From NCBI GenBank assembly GCA_049976505.1, contig JBMFIC010000001.1, positions 19,985 to 83,984 of the forward strand: a stretch of DNA of 64,000 nt, given 5' to 3'. Under the pieces are notes generated by a model that was given only the letters and a program-made list of their open reading frames with translations, did not search any database and was not told where the DNA came from. Source of the stretch: Nitrososphaeria archaeon (lineage in GTDB: Archaea; Thermoproteota; Nitrososphaeria; Conexivisphaerales; UBA164). Below are positions 53,984-63,177 of this stretch, one piece after another; positions within the stretch are counted from its first letter, which is position 1; each line of letters opens with the position of its first letter. The position numbers and the translations under genes were made by a program.

Positions 53984-55051
53984 GCCAGCGCTGCCTATTA
54001 TCTGTCCCTTTTCAAATCTTCTTTCCTTGATTTTTTCAAGCAACTCTTCGATGTTAATCCCCAGCAACGCAGATATCTCCACATAGCCTGATATTCTTTC
54101 ATCCTGAAACTTAAGCTCGTATTTTCTCGCGTCGAGCTTGTTAAGCACCGCTATCACGTTCTTCAGATCTATCTCGAGCTCCTGCAGGACCTTTATGCTT
54201 GCGTTGTACTTACGCCAGAACTCCTTCTCAGGGAGGCTGCTGTCCACCACAAGGAGAACAAGATCGGCGTACTTAAGCTCCTCGAGAGTCGATCTGAATG
54301 ACTCGATGAGAAAGTGCGGTAGCCTTTCAATAAATCCTACTGTGTCAACGACATACACGTCGTCCAAACCCTTCACTTTTCTGAAAGTGGTAGTCAGCGT
54401 TGTAAAAGGCTTTCCAGTGATTCTGGCGTTTTCTCCGCTGAGCCTGTTGAAAAGAGTTGATTTTCCAGCTCCTGTGTAGCCTGCCAGGGAAACTATGAAG
54501 CTGTTGCTTTCGTACCTCTTCTGTCTGTGAAGTTCCCTTCTTCTTCTTTCCTTTTCAAGCTTTTCCCTTAGAACAACTATCTGTCTCTTGAGGAACCTCA
54601 TGTACTTCTCTATTTCGTAAGCGCCATATCCCATTGGACCGGTCTGCTCTCCCATTCTCCTCATTCTGACGAGCTCCTTCAGCCTCGGTATCTCATATTG
54701 CAGCTCTGCAAGCTTAACCTGCAGCTTCGCCTCAGTTGTCATGGCCCTCTTTTCGAAAATGTCCAGGATGAGCCTGATGCGATCGATCACCTTCCTGTTA
54801 ATAAGTTTTGAAAGGTTGTATATCTGTGAAGCCGTTAGCTGCTCATCAACTATCACGACATCAGGATCGTATCTCTGAACTACGTCCTTCAGCTCAAGGG
54901 CCTTTCCGCTTGATATTCCGTATTTGCCTATACCGATCTCCTTAACTGGCAGAACGTGTACGGCAGTCAGGCCCGTAGCTTCAGCCAGCTCAACAATTTC
55001 CTGCTGCGCGTACTGATCCTTAAACGTTACAATTAATGCCTTTTTGCTCAC
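53957..55051 (-). CDS. hflX: GTPase HflX
   Basis: N-terminal HflX domain, GYTGAGKSTLFNRLSG, and DTVGFIERLPHFLIESFRSTLEE. Confidence 0.85.
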   Translation of the reverse strand: MSKKALIVTFKDQYAQQEIVELAEATGLTAVHVLPVKEIGIGKYGISSGKALELKDVVQRYDPDVVIVDEQLTASQIYNLSKLINRKVIDRIRLILDIFEKRAMTTEAKLQVKLAELQYEIPRLKELVRMRRMGEQTGPMGYGAYEIEKYMRFLKRQIVVLREKLEKERRRRELHRQKRYESNSFIVSLAGYTGAGKSTLFNRLSGENARITGKPFTTLTTTFRKVKGLDDVYVVDTVGFIERLPHFLIESFRSTLEELKYADLVLLVVDSSLPEKEFWRKYNASIKVLQELEIDLKNVIAVLNKLDARKYELKFQDERISGYVEISALLGINIEELLEKIKERRFEKGQIIGSAGSVSPDLSG

Positions 55052-55428
55052 TTCCTGAGCCTCACCTTTAGGCTGAGCTCCAGCTTTCTGAGGGTCTGAA
55101 AGTCCGGTATAATCTTCTCCTGTTCTATTTTTGCAAGCAGTGAGGGCTTTATCCCGATCCTTCTGCCGAGGTCTTCCTGTGTTAGCTGCATCTTTTCTCT
55201 TATTTCCTTTATTATCCTTCCGTAGTTCTCAACAAGCTCGTAATCCTCTTCCTCCTGAGGCCTATGGCTTCCAGTTCTGGGAGCCTGCGATATAGGGGGG
55301 TTCTGCGGAACGTGCTTCACCACTCTTCCATACTTGGCACACTCGGCGCATACCTTCAGATACGCACCGTCCACTTCAATCGTTATCGGCTTTCCGAAGA
55401 TTGGCTTTCCGCATATTTCACAGTTCAT
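55048..55428 (-). CDS. mbf1: Archaeal multiprotein bridging factor 1 (zinc ribbon plus XRE-type HTH)
   Basis: MNCEICGKPI...CAECAKYG, then LTQEDLGRRIGIKPSLLAKIEQ. ATG 55428 is preferred, with TATAAAAGG ~30 nt upstream. The track's 50-aa N-terminal extension was rejected. Confidence 0.8.
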   Translation of the reverse strand: MNCEICGKPIFGKPITIEVDGAYLKVCAECAKYGRVVKHVPQNPPISQAPRTGSHRPQEEEDYELVENYGRIIKEIREKMQLTQEDLGRRIGIKPSLLAKIEQEKIIPDFQTLRKLELSLKVRLRK

Positions 55429-55658
55429 GACAGTTAAATCATATATCGATGCTCCTTTTATACGATTTTCTATTACTTCAGCGGCTAGTCCGGTGAACGA
55501 AATAGAACCGTGAAGCTGTCTGCCCAAGGAAGATCGGAACAGCTTTAACCAAGGCTTATTGCAGCGCTGATCCTTCATTACCTTTTAGATCAAATATTTT
55601 TAGATGGCCCATCGCACTTACCATAAAGTTAATTAGAAGGCATGAAAGACCTTTAAGT

Positions 55659-55832
55659 ATGCCAACTCACGGCAGTATTACAAAGGCAGGAAAGGTAAGA
55701 TCCCAGACACCTAAGATTCAGGGAAGGGAAAAGCACAGCCCTAATCCACGGGTCTCTCTCAGGAGAAAGTTCGAGAAAAGGATTGTGCTGAACAGAAAGC
55801 CAGGACAAAACTGGATATTTCTAAGCAAATAA
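55659..55832 (+). CDS. rps30e: 30S ribosomal protein S30e (eS30)
   Basis: At 57 codons it falls below the ORF-track cutoff. Hand translation gives [60 protein letters not shown](L/I)[12 protein letters not shown] is the eS30 signature. Confidence 0.8.
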   Translation: MPTHGSITKAGKVRSQTPKIQGREKHSPNPRVSLRRKFEKRIVLNRKPGQNWIFLSK

Positions 55833-55858
55833 TAACCCATAAAATATTTCAGCCAACT

Positions 55859-57013
55859 TTAGGGCAATACAGATTCCAGAAGCTCCTGTACCTCCTTTTC
55901 CGTTGCCTTCTTGGTCAGCGTGAACTTCACCTTTTCCAGCACCTTCTCAAGCTTATGAGTGGCATCTACGAGCGCGTTCTTTATCCCCCATCCTTCGCCC
56001 GTAACTGAATTGTTAACATAAGGTCCATTGACCTGTATCCTTATTAGAATGTGAGGCTTTCCTCTTTTCTGCATCTTATCTCCATTTATGTAAACTGTTA
56101 GGACCGAGTTTTCGAGAACCTTTCTGTACTTTCTTATAACAGAATCAATTCTGGATCTTATGGTTTCAGGATCATACTCTAGGCTTTCTATTATGCCTTT
56201 TTTGGACAGCTGAACGAAAACCGATGGCAGGGCTGTCGTGCTAAGGGCTATCTGACGCAGCAGGTCCTCCTTCGTGACTATCCCGGTGAGGAAGCCCTTC
56301 TTTGTCACAACGACGGAGGAGAAGCGGTATTTCTTCATGAGCTTATACGCTTCATACGCGTTAACATCTTCATCTATGGTAATGACGCTCTCGGTCATTA
56401 TGGACGTCACGGGGTACTCCGTGAGCTTTTTCATATCGCTTATGATCCTGTCCCGTCTCTGTCTGAACCTCGGCTTAATTACCTTCTGTATAATGTCGTG
56501 CAGCGTTACAATTCCAGCTATTTCGTGATCCTCAACGACGATGATCCTTGAAAGACCGCTGCTTCTCATCAGCGAGAGGAGCTGACCTATCGTTGCGCTT
56601 TTCTCTATGGTTACTGGGTTTGCTGTCATCACGTCCTTAACAGAAACGTTTCTGAATAGGTTCTCGCTTAGCGCTATTACGTCGTCAGCGAATACGCCTC
56701 CTGCCACAGTTCCGTCCTGCAGCACATATGGGAGAGTCTTGAAACCGCTTTCAACCATAAGCTTGCTTATCTCCCCAACGCTTTCGTTTCCATCAAGCTT
56801 GGGAGCGACCTTCATGACTGTTCTCACTTTTGTCGTGGTGGGATCTATGTTGAGCTTATACGCTAGGCTTTCGTTCACGATCCCCTCGTAGAATGAGCCA
56901 TGGGAGACCACTATGAGGTCCCTCTGTTTCTCGAAGAGGTCCAGGATCTCGGAAACTGAAGCATCTGCATCCACAGTAAGTATATCTTTTCTGACGAGCT
57001 CGTTGAAGCTCAT
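55859..57013 (-). CDS. Four-CBS-domain protein with C-terminal HPF/RaiA-like (ribosome-hibernation-factor-like) domain candidate
   Basis: Four CBS repeats are readable. The C-terminal ~100 aa VFVQLSKKG..IRSRIDSVIRKYRKVLE..LTVYINGDK..ILIRIQVNGPYVNNSVTGEGWGIKNALVDATHKLEKVLEKVK parallels the beta-alpha-beta3-alpha HPF pattern. ATG 57013 is preferred over TTG 57037. Confidence 0.6.
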   Translation of the reverse strand: MSFNELVRKDILTVDADASVSEILDLFEKQRDLIVVSHGSFYEGIVNESLAYKLNIDPTTTKVRTVMKVAPKLDGNESVGEISKLMVESGFKTLPYVLQDGTVAGGVFADDVIALSENLFRNVSVKDVMTANPVTIEKSATIGQLLSLMRSSGLSRIIVVEDHEIAGIVTLHDIIQKVIKPRFRQRRDRIISDMKKLTEYPVTSIMTESVITIDEDVNAYEAYKLMKKYRFSSVVVTKKGFLTGIVTKEDLLRQIALSTTALPSVFVQLSKKGIIESLEYDPETIRSRIDSVIRKYRKVLENSVLTVYINGDKMQKRGKPHILIRIQVNGPYVNNSVTGEGWGIKNALVDATHKLEKVLEKVKFTLTKKATEKEVQELLESVLP

Positions 57014-57046
57014 GTAATAGCAATCGAATTTCCACAATAAAAGGAT

Positions 57047-57616
57047 TTAGAGCTGATTAAAGTATTCGAGGATTTTATCCTGCAGGTGGTCAAATTCCCT
57101 GTAAAGCTCATCCAAGCTCAGAAATTCGTTGACTATCATGAAATCCGCTATAGCAATAACCGAGCCGATGCCCAATTCTAGCTCGAGCCTGTCCCTTTCA
57201 AGAAACTCATTTAAGTTCTTTGGGTCGTCGTTTCTTCCTCTGTTCCTGAGGAGCGAGTATCTGCGCCTTGGGCTTGCATGCAAGGCCAGTATGATCATCT
57301 TAGCCTTTTTTCTGAAGAACTCAACTTCATCCATAGACCTTATGCCATCTATTATTATAAGCTCGGACCCACTCCTTGCGATCTTATCCAGGGTGAGCCT
57401 GGCGACTATCTCCTTTCCACCCTGCTCTCGGAGCATCTTAACCACCCTTCTCTGGCTCTCCTTGTCAAGCCCAAATCCAAGCTCAACGCTCTTCTCCCTG
57501 ATTACGTCACCCATCGAGAAGGTAGGAATGCTCAGCCTATTAGAGACGTAAAGAGCTATGGTTGTCTTGCCCGCTCCGGGCATTCCCGTAATTCCAAGTA
57601 TTTTAAGCTGGGCCAA
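57047..57616 (-). CDS. UPF0200-family P-loop nucleotide kinase-like protein
   Basis: ILGITGMPGAGKTT...SMGDVIRE.. is typical of the archaeal UPF0200 / dephospho-CoA-kinase-like family. Confidence 0.6.
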   Translation of the reverse strand: MAQLKILGITGMPGAGKTTIALYVSNRLSIPTFSMGDVIREKSVELGFGLDKESQRRVVKMLREQGGKEIVARLTLDKIARSGSELIIIDGIRSMDEVEFFRKKAKMIILALHASPRRRYSLLRNRGRNDDPKNLNEFLERDRLELELGIGSVIAIADFMIVNEFLSLDELYREFDHLQDKILEYFNQL

Positions 57617-57704
57617 CCCAAACCATCTATGTCATGATATATATTAATTGTTCTGCTTTTAAGAGAACGAATAAATTGAAGGAATCTGTCTCTGAAGTAT
57701 TCAA

Positions 57705-58820
57705 TTGAAAATCGTCGGCACCTGCACCAGGGGTTTTGAGGAGTACAGCGCCAAGGAAGCTGAAATTCTTGGCTGCAGGGTAAATGAGCTTCGTCAGGCG
57801 AGAATAATCATGGAAGGTGGCCCTTGGTGCATATATTTGCTGAACAACTTCTCAAGAAGCCTGAACAAGGTGCTGCTTCTGCTATATCGCGGAGTGGCCA
57901 GGGATCTTGATGAAATCTACAGGGCCGCCAGCGCCCTGAGCTACATGTTTATTGGAAAGCAGCAGTCGTTTGCCGTCAGATCCGAAAGAAGCGGCGTTCA
58001 CAGTTTTACCTCAATCGACATACAAAGGGTAGTCGGACAGGCTGTAATCGATTCCAGAATTAAGGAGGACGGGGTACGCCTTAGGGTAGATCTGGAGAAT
58101 CCAGATGTTGAGATAAACGCTGACCTAATTGAGGAGGAGCTTTTCATAAGCATAAACACGACTGGACATGGTCTGAACTTCAGGGAGTACAGAAAGTACA
58201 ATCACCCTTCCTCACTTAAACCCACGCTTGCCGCATCCCTGTTAATTATGGCTGGGTGGGATGGAAGACCGCTTATTGATGCGTTTGCTGGCGGTGGCAC
58301 CATACCTATTGAGGCCGCGCTTTTTGCCAGAAGCGCTCCGGTCCGTCCATCGGGAGACTTCATGTACAAAAAGCTAAGCCTTTACGATCAGCAGGAGGAG
58401 GAACGAGCAATAAAGTCAGTTGGACCAAAGTTCGCTGTTAGTAAGCTGGTTGGAGTAGAGATCTCGCCAAAGCACATAAGAGGCGCTTTGAAGAATGCGC
58501 AGGCAGCAGGAGTGGCTGACGTTGTAGAGCTCAGGCTTGACGACTCAGTCAAGTTCGTGCCCGAAAGCAAATTTGACTTTCTCGTTTCAAATCCACCCTA
58601 CGGTATCAGGAGCGGCAGAAAGGAGAAGGTTCTCAGGCTGTACGAGCTTTTTGTCAAGAACCTGGACAACATTCTTAAGGAAGGTGGCACTGGCCTGATT
58701 ATCACGACTGAGTACAGAAAGCTTGAAAACATACTAGCGCAGCGTGGCTACAAGCACGTTAAGACGAGCGTTGGGCTTCACGGAAAGCTGTGGGTTGGGG
58801 CCGTTCTCTTCAGGGCTTAA
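57705..58820 (+). CDS. THUMP-domain class I SAM-dependent RNA (guanine-N2) methyltransferase (Trm14/RlmL-like)
   Basis: N-terminal THUMP region, DAFAGGGTI SAM motif, and NPPYG catalytic motif. Confidence 0.8.
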   Translation: MKIVGTCTRGFEEYSAKEAEILGCRVNELRQARIIMEGGPWCIYLLNNFSRSLNKVLLLLYRGVARDLDEIYRAASALSYMFIGKQQSFAVRSERSGVHSFTSIDIQRVVGQAVIDSRIKEDGVRLRVDLENPDVEINADLIEEELFISINTTGHGLNFREYRKYNHPSSLKPTLAASLLIMAGWDGRPLIDAFAGGGTIPIEAALFARSAPVRPSGDFMYKKLSLYDQQEEERAIKSVGPKFAVSKLVGVEISPKHIRGALKNAQAAGVADVVELRLDDSVKFVPESKFDFLVSNPPYGIRSGRKEKVLRLYELFVKNLDNILKEGGTGLIITTEYRKLENILAQRGYKHVKTSVGLHGKLWVGAVLFRA

Positions 58821-60355
58821 CCAAGTGATCTTCTCAGCTTGGCCATCTCAACTATGTTGCTTTTTACTTCAGACTCCTTGCCCTCCTTTAGCGCAACAAG
58901 AGTCAATGTGGATAGAAGCCTGTGTTTGATCACGCCATAATCCTCAGGGCTTTTCCTTCCCGTGAACGTTGATTCCACGTATTCTGCATCCCTTCTGATC
59001 TGATCAAGAGCGCCTTCGTCGAAACTGAAGCTATCCTTCAGGATCTTCAGGTTATCCTCATTGTAGTACTTGAAGGCCTCCCTAAAATCGATGTCAATGT
59101 TGGCGTAGTTGGAAATAAGGGTGTTCCATTCCTCCTCCTTTAGGCCAGAAAGCGCTGACGCTCCTATGATCTCAGGCGGTATCCCTATGCTGTAAAGGGC
59201 GCAGACGAAAGTTATTGCGCGCGGGAGGGTTATCTTCCCTGCGCTTCTTGAATAGCCGAACAGACCTATGTGAAGCTTTCTCGCCCTTCTCCTTGGCACA
59301 TGCGTGGCAAGCTCATTAATGAGCGGCGCAAGAGCCTCGATAACCCTCTGATAGGACTGTATGTATTTTTCCACGATTGCAATCAGGACGCGATCCTCAT
59401 ATTGATCCAGCCTTGGCTTTTCATATGGTTTACTTATGTTGAGAAACCTAATTGCGTTCTTTGATTCCTCAGAGGGGTAGTCGTACCTGAAAGCGGACTG
59501 TATGGTGTATGTCCAGACCCCCCTGTACTCCCTGAAGACGTTCTGAACGTTCTCAGGACTTAGATGCCCCCTAAACGGAAGGCTTCCAACGCCGATTATT
59601 GGAAATATCTGGACGGAGGTCTCCTCCTCAAGGGCCCTGAGCTCGCTCAGCGCGTGTTTTGCAAGAAGCACGGCAGGAACCATCCCGTAGTTCATTGCAG
59701 GATCCGATCTGGCTATAAAGACCCTCAAGTAGGAAACCTTGATGGTCTTTATGAACTTCTCAACTATCCCCCTTATGTTAAGAAGCGATTCCTTATTCTC
59801 TATGAGAGGGATGAGCTCTATCCACTTGGGCTTTGTTTCCCCAACAAGGTCGCGGACCCTTAGGTTTTCTGTTAACTCAATGTTTTCCTTATTTACTACG
59901 GCTTTTTCATAGTAACGATAAACTGCAATGAGCTCTTCAGAGCTGGTGGTCATTGGGAGGATGGTCTCAAATACGGGAACCGTTACTGCTTCCCCGTAGA
60001 ACCTCTCGCCAACGTCGTAGTTAATGGGAATGCTCTCGAGGGTCTCTGAGAACACCTTGCGGTCAACGCCCTCTATAAATGGATTCGGAAGCCTGTAGGT
60101 GAGAAATATATCCTTACCTATTACGTTATCCTTAAAGAACTCGGGATACATTGATAGAAGCTTCCTGAGCACGTGCGTGTCAACATCCTTTCCCTCAGCA
60201 TCCCACATGACTTCCTCTGTTCCATAATAGGAATATGAGAGATAGGCCTCATAAATCTCGTCATCCCCCTCTATTGATTCGCCAGTTTTTACCCATGCTG
60301 GAACGTTGGCGTTGTCAGGATGTTGCGTCGCCATCGTGCGGGGGATCTTTCTCAT
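58817..60355 (-). CDS. ppcA: Archaeal-type phosphoenolpyruvate carboxylase
   Basis: MRKIPRTMATQHPDNA is the archaeal-type PEPC N-terminal signature. ATG 60355 is preferred over the track start at 60403. Confidence 0.85.
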   Translation of the reverse strand: MRKIPRTMATQHPDNANVPAWVKTGESIEGDDEIYEAYLSYSYYGTEEVMWDAEGKDVDTHVLRKLLSMYPEFFKDNVIGKDIFLTYRLPNPFIEGVDRKVFSETLESIPINYDVGERFYGEAVTVPVFETILPMTTSSEELIAVYRYYEKAVVNKENIELTENLRVRDLVGETKPKWIELIPLIENKESLLNIRGIVEKFIKTIKVSYLRVFIARSDPAMNYGMVPAVLLAKHALSELRALEEETSVQIFPIIGVGSLPFRGHLSPENVQNVFREYRGVWTYTIQSAFRYDYPSEESKNAIRFLNISKPYEKPRLDQYEDRVLIAIVEKYIQSYQRVIEALAPLINELATHVPRRRARKLHIGLFGYSRSAGKITLPRAITFVCALYSIGIPPEIIGASALSGLKEEEWNTLISNYANIDIDFREAFKYYNEDNLKILKDSFSFDEGALDQIRRDAEYVESTFTGRKSPEDYGVIKHRLLSTLTLVALKEGKESEVKSNIVEMAKLRRSLG

Positions 60356-60483
60356 ATTTCCCCATGCACATTTGGGATTTAATTTAAAAACTTTTTTATA
60401 CATATATTTTAAATACAGAGATCTTTTCGAGAAGCTCAGGTAAAAACATAATATTTATTTATAAATACGCACCAAAATATTAC

Positions 60484-61320
60484 ATGAACGTTTACAGGGT
60501 TAGAACTTACGTGGACGGTTTAGATGAAATACTTTACGGCGGCATACCCGAGAGAAACGTGGTTTTAGTATCTGGTGGGCCTGGAACCGGAAAATCGATC
60601 CTGGCAAAGCAGTTTCTCTACAACGGTTTGCAGAAGGGAGAGCCTGGAGTTTTTGTGGCTCTCGAGGAGCATCCCGTTTCAGTGAGGAGAAGCTTTCAGC
60701 ACTTCTCTTGGGACATATATAAGTATGAAAGGGAGGGAACCTTTGCCATAGTAGACGCCTTTACGGCCGGCATCGGATCCTCTGCACAGAGGGAAAACTA
60801 CGTGGTTAAGGATCCCGATAACGTCCAGGACCTGATAGATACCTTGAGGGCTGCCATGAAGAACACCGGCGCAAAGCGGGTTGCAATAGATTCAGTCAGC
60901 ACCCTTTACCTAACGAAGCCAGCCCTGGCCAGAGGTACAGTAATGCTCCTCAAGAGGGTGATAGCTGGTCTGGGAAGCACCGCTATTTTAGTTAGTCAAA
61001 TTTCAGTGGGAGAAAGAGGGTTCGGAGGTCCAGGCGTTGAGCATGCAGTTGATGGAATCATCAGAATGGATCTTGATGAAGTGGAGGGAAGGCTGTACAG
61101 ATCCATAATAGTATGGAAGATGAGGGATTCCAAGATATCGATGGTTAGACATCCAATGGAAATAAACGATCATGGCATAAAGGTCCTCTGGGACAAGTCT
61201 CTTGATATCTCACCTGCAGGAGCTAAGGTCTTTGACCTGCCTGCCGATGTAAAGGAAGAGATGAAAAAGGCCGTTGAAGAGGCTGAAAAAGGAGAACATG
61301 AGGCTCCTCTGGAATATTAG
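60484..61320 (+). CDS. Single-domain KaiC-like / RecA-superfamily ATPase
   Basis: [20 protein letters not shown] (Walker A), RVAIDSVS (Walker B), and an acidic C-terminal tail. Confidence 0.8.
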   Translation: MNVYRVRTYVDGLDEILYGGIPERNVVLVSGGPGTGKSILAKQFLYNGLQKGEPGVFVALEEHPVSVRRSFQHFSWDIYKYEREGTFAIVDAFTAGIGSSAQRENYVVKDPDNVQDLIDTLRAAMKNTGAKRVAIDSVSTLYLTKPALARGTVMLLKRVIAGLGSTAILVSQISVGERGFGGPGVEHAVDGIIRMDLDEVEGRLYRSIIVWKMRDSKISMVRHPMEINDHGIKVLWDKSLDISPAGAKVFDLPADVKEEMKKAVEEAEKGEHEAPLEY

Positions 61321-61378
61321 CCTCCTTTTCTTATTTTCATAAATACATTTATAAGTAAATTGCAATATTTTTAAAAAT

Positions 61379-61825
61379 ATGAGCGCCGAAAGCGTGCCCC
61401 TTAAGCCTGTTGGAAAGGAGGAGATCAGAAAACTTGAAACCGCTCTTCTCACGATGTCTCTCTTTTCACAGGAGACCCTGCAGGCGATCGGAAACCCGCA
61501 TGAGAGGTTGACCTGGGTTGATTCACTCTACGTGGCTGCAGCGGCGTTTGCGCGGGACAAGGCCGGAATGACGGCCAGTCAGATAGCAGAGGAGGTAGGA
61601 GTAACCGAGGCCACCATTAGAAAGCATTTAAAAGCCGAAACAAAGGCGGGACAGATAATTAAGAATACTTACGAAAAGCTAAAGAACGAGGGCTTCAACC
61701 TGGCGATCCCTGAGTGTGGAGAAAGCCAGCAGGTTAAGAGCCTGCAGGAGCAGCTAAAGACTATTCAGGATAAGGTATCTAAGGCAAAAGAACTCTTAGG
61801 CCAGGCAATTCAGGCTTTAAGCTGA
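61379..61825 (+). CDS. Hypothetical HTH plus coiled-coil protein downstream of the KaiC-like ATPase
   Basis: MTASQIAEEVGVTEATIRKHLK is HTH-like. The C-terminus QQVKSLQEQLKTIQDKVSKAKELL is a heptad-like coiled coil. Confidence 0.35.
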   Translation: MSAESVPLKPVGKEEIRKLETALLTMSLFSQETLQAIGNPHERLTWVDSLYVAAAAFARDKAGMTASQIAEEVGVTEATIRKHLKAETKAGQIIKNTYEKLKNEGFNLAIPECGESQQVKSLQEQLKTIQDKVSKAKELLGQAIQALS

Positions 61826-62169
61826 TGCTGGAAGTTTAATAAAAAAATTAAAATATCAGCATTATTTTTTATTTCCTGTATGAACTTCAAACAGTTCATA
61901 TCTCTTATACGCGTGCAATCGCTGAGCGCAACAGGTGCGCCGCTTCTTGTCAGTGCTTCTAGGGGCTTCTTTCGGCGTAGCTCTACATTTCAACAATAGT
62001 CTTCATGCTCTCGTTGTTAGGAATAATAACTGCGCTGGCCTTCTTAAGGCGGGGCGCGATAGGCTTTAGCGGTCCTGTCTCTGCTCCCAAGAGTTAGAAG
62101 GTGGAAACAGGACAAAAGGCTTAAACTGCGTGAAGAGCACAGTTGAATCTATCTGGAATAAGCTTTCAG

Positions 62170-62241
62170 AGCCGGGGGTGGGACTTGAACCCACATAAAT
62201 GCGGTCTGCAGCCGCACCCGTGGCCGTTCCGGCACCCCGGC
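62170..62241 (-). tRNA. tRNA-Cys (anticodon GCA)
   Basis: Hand fold: acceptor GCCGGGG/CCCCGGC, anticodon stem TGCGG/CCGCA with loop CTGCAGA, T arm GTGGG-TTCAAGT-CCCAC. The discriminator is U, which is characteristic of tRNA-Cys. The D stem has one mismatch. Confidence 0.85.
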
Positions 62242-62252
62242 TCATACTTGAT

Positions 62253-63128
62253 TTATTCCTTCAACTTATTAATTTTTAGTAGATATTCAAATATGGCGCT
62301 GTAATCCTCCTCGGCCAGGTCGGATTCCGCTGCTGCGGTGTAGGTGCTCCATAGAGCCGCGTGAACGGGCATGTGTATGTTATACTTATCAGCAACCTTC
62401 GCTACAAGACCCAGGTCCTTTTTCATGTGCTTTAGATAAAAAGTCGGCTCGTAGTTGCTAACCAGCATCTTCTGTCCCTTCACTTCGCTGAACTCCGTTT
62501 TATAGCCACTGGCGTTAATCAGATATATAAAAAGCCTCGGATCGACCTTCATCTTCTGAACCAGAGTAAGCCCTTCAGCGATCAGCTCAGCATAACCAGC
62601 CACCAGGAGGTTAAATGCCAGCTTTAACGAAAGCGCATCTCCTATATCTCCAGCGTATATTGTTCTGCGCGCGAAGGTCTTTATGAGATCCGAGTACTCT
62701 TCATACTTTGTACGGTCTCCGCCTATTAGAGCTATGAGATCCCCCCTTATTGCCTTGTCTGGACCTCCTATAAGCGGAACCTCGAGCCTGTACGCGTTTT
62801 TCCTCTTCAGCTTTTCATTTATGTACCTTGACATTATCGGAGATATCGTGCTGAAGTCAATAATCAGCTTGTTGGGCTTGATGTAATCGGAAATGCCATG
62901 ATTCCCAAGAATAACGTCCTCGTCAGCTTCATCATCAGTCACGCTGACGAGTATTACGTCGCTCTTTTCAACTACGTCGCTAATCGATGGCATCAAGTCT
63001 ATCCTGTCCTTCAGGTGTTCAACCTTGGACTTGGTTCTGTTGAATCCGTAAACTACGTATCCCGACTGCACAGCTCTTAAGGCCAGCGCTTGTCCCATTT
63101 TGCCTAGCCCTATAAAGCCTAATTTCAT
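62253..63128 (-). CDS. NAD(P)-dependent beta-hydroxyacid dehydrogenase (3-hydroxyisobutyrate / 6-phosphogluconate dehydrogenase-like)
   Basis: MKLGFIGLGKMGQALA Rossmann start and a 291 aa length. Confidence 0.8.
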   Translation of the reverse strand: MKLGFIGLGKMGQALALRAVQSGYVVYGFNRTKSKVEHLKDRIDLMPSISDVVEKSDVILVSVTDDEADEDVILGNHGISDYIKPNKLIIDFSTISPIMSRYINEKLKRKNAYRLEVPLIGGPDKAIRGDLIALIGGDRTKYEEYSDLIKTFARRTIYAGDIGDALSLKLAFNLLVAGYAELIAEGLTLVQKMKVDPRLFIYLINASGYKTEFSEVKGQKMLVSNYEPTFYLKHMKKDLGLVAKVADKYNIHMPVHAALWSTYTAAAESDLAEEDYSAIFEYLLKINKLKE

Positions 63129-63177
63129 TTACCAAATAATGCAAAACTTAATTATTTTAACTTTATTAAAAAACAAC

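Noticed and set aside
55429-55578. 50-codon N-terminal extension of the MBF1 ORF
   Set aside because: Archaeal MBF1 begins with the zinc ribbon (MNCEICG). A TATAAAAGG box lies inside the extension, ~30 nt upstream of ATG 55428.
61880-61999. 39-codon ORF MNFKQFISLIRVQSL...
   Set aside because: Its ATG is part of the terminator-like hairpin stem. There is no Shine-Dalgarno or TATA signal and no recognisable motif, so it is too weak to call.
62100-62108. GGTGGAAAC, reminiscent of the archaeal origin-recognition-box core (..GTGGAAAC..)
   Set aside because: It is a single copy with no inverted partner or repeated ORB/mini-ORB elements. No orc1/cdc6 gene is in the window, and the flanking DNA is not an AT-rich unwinding element.
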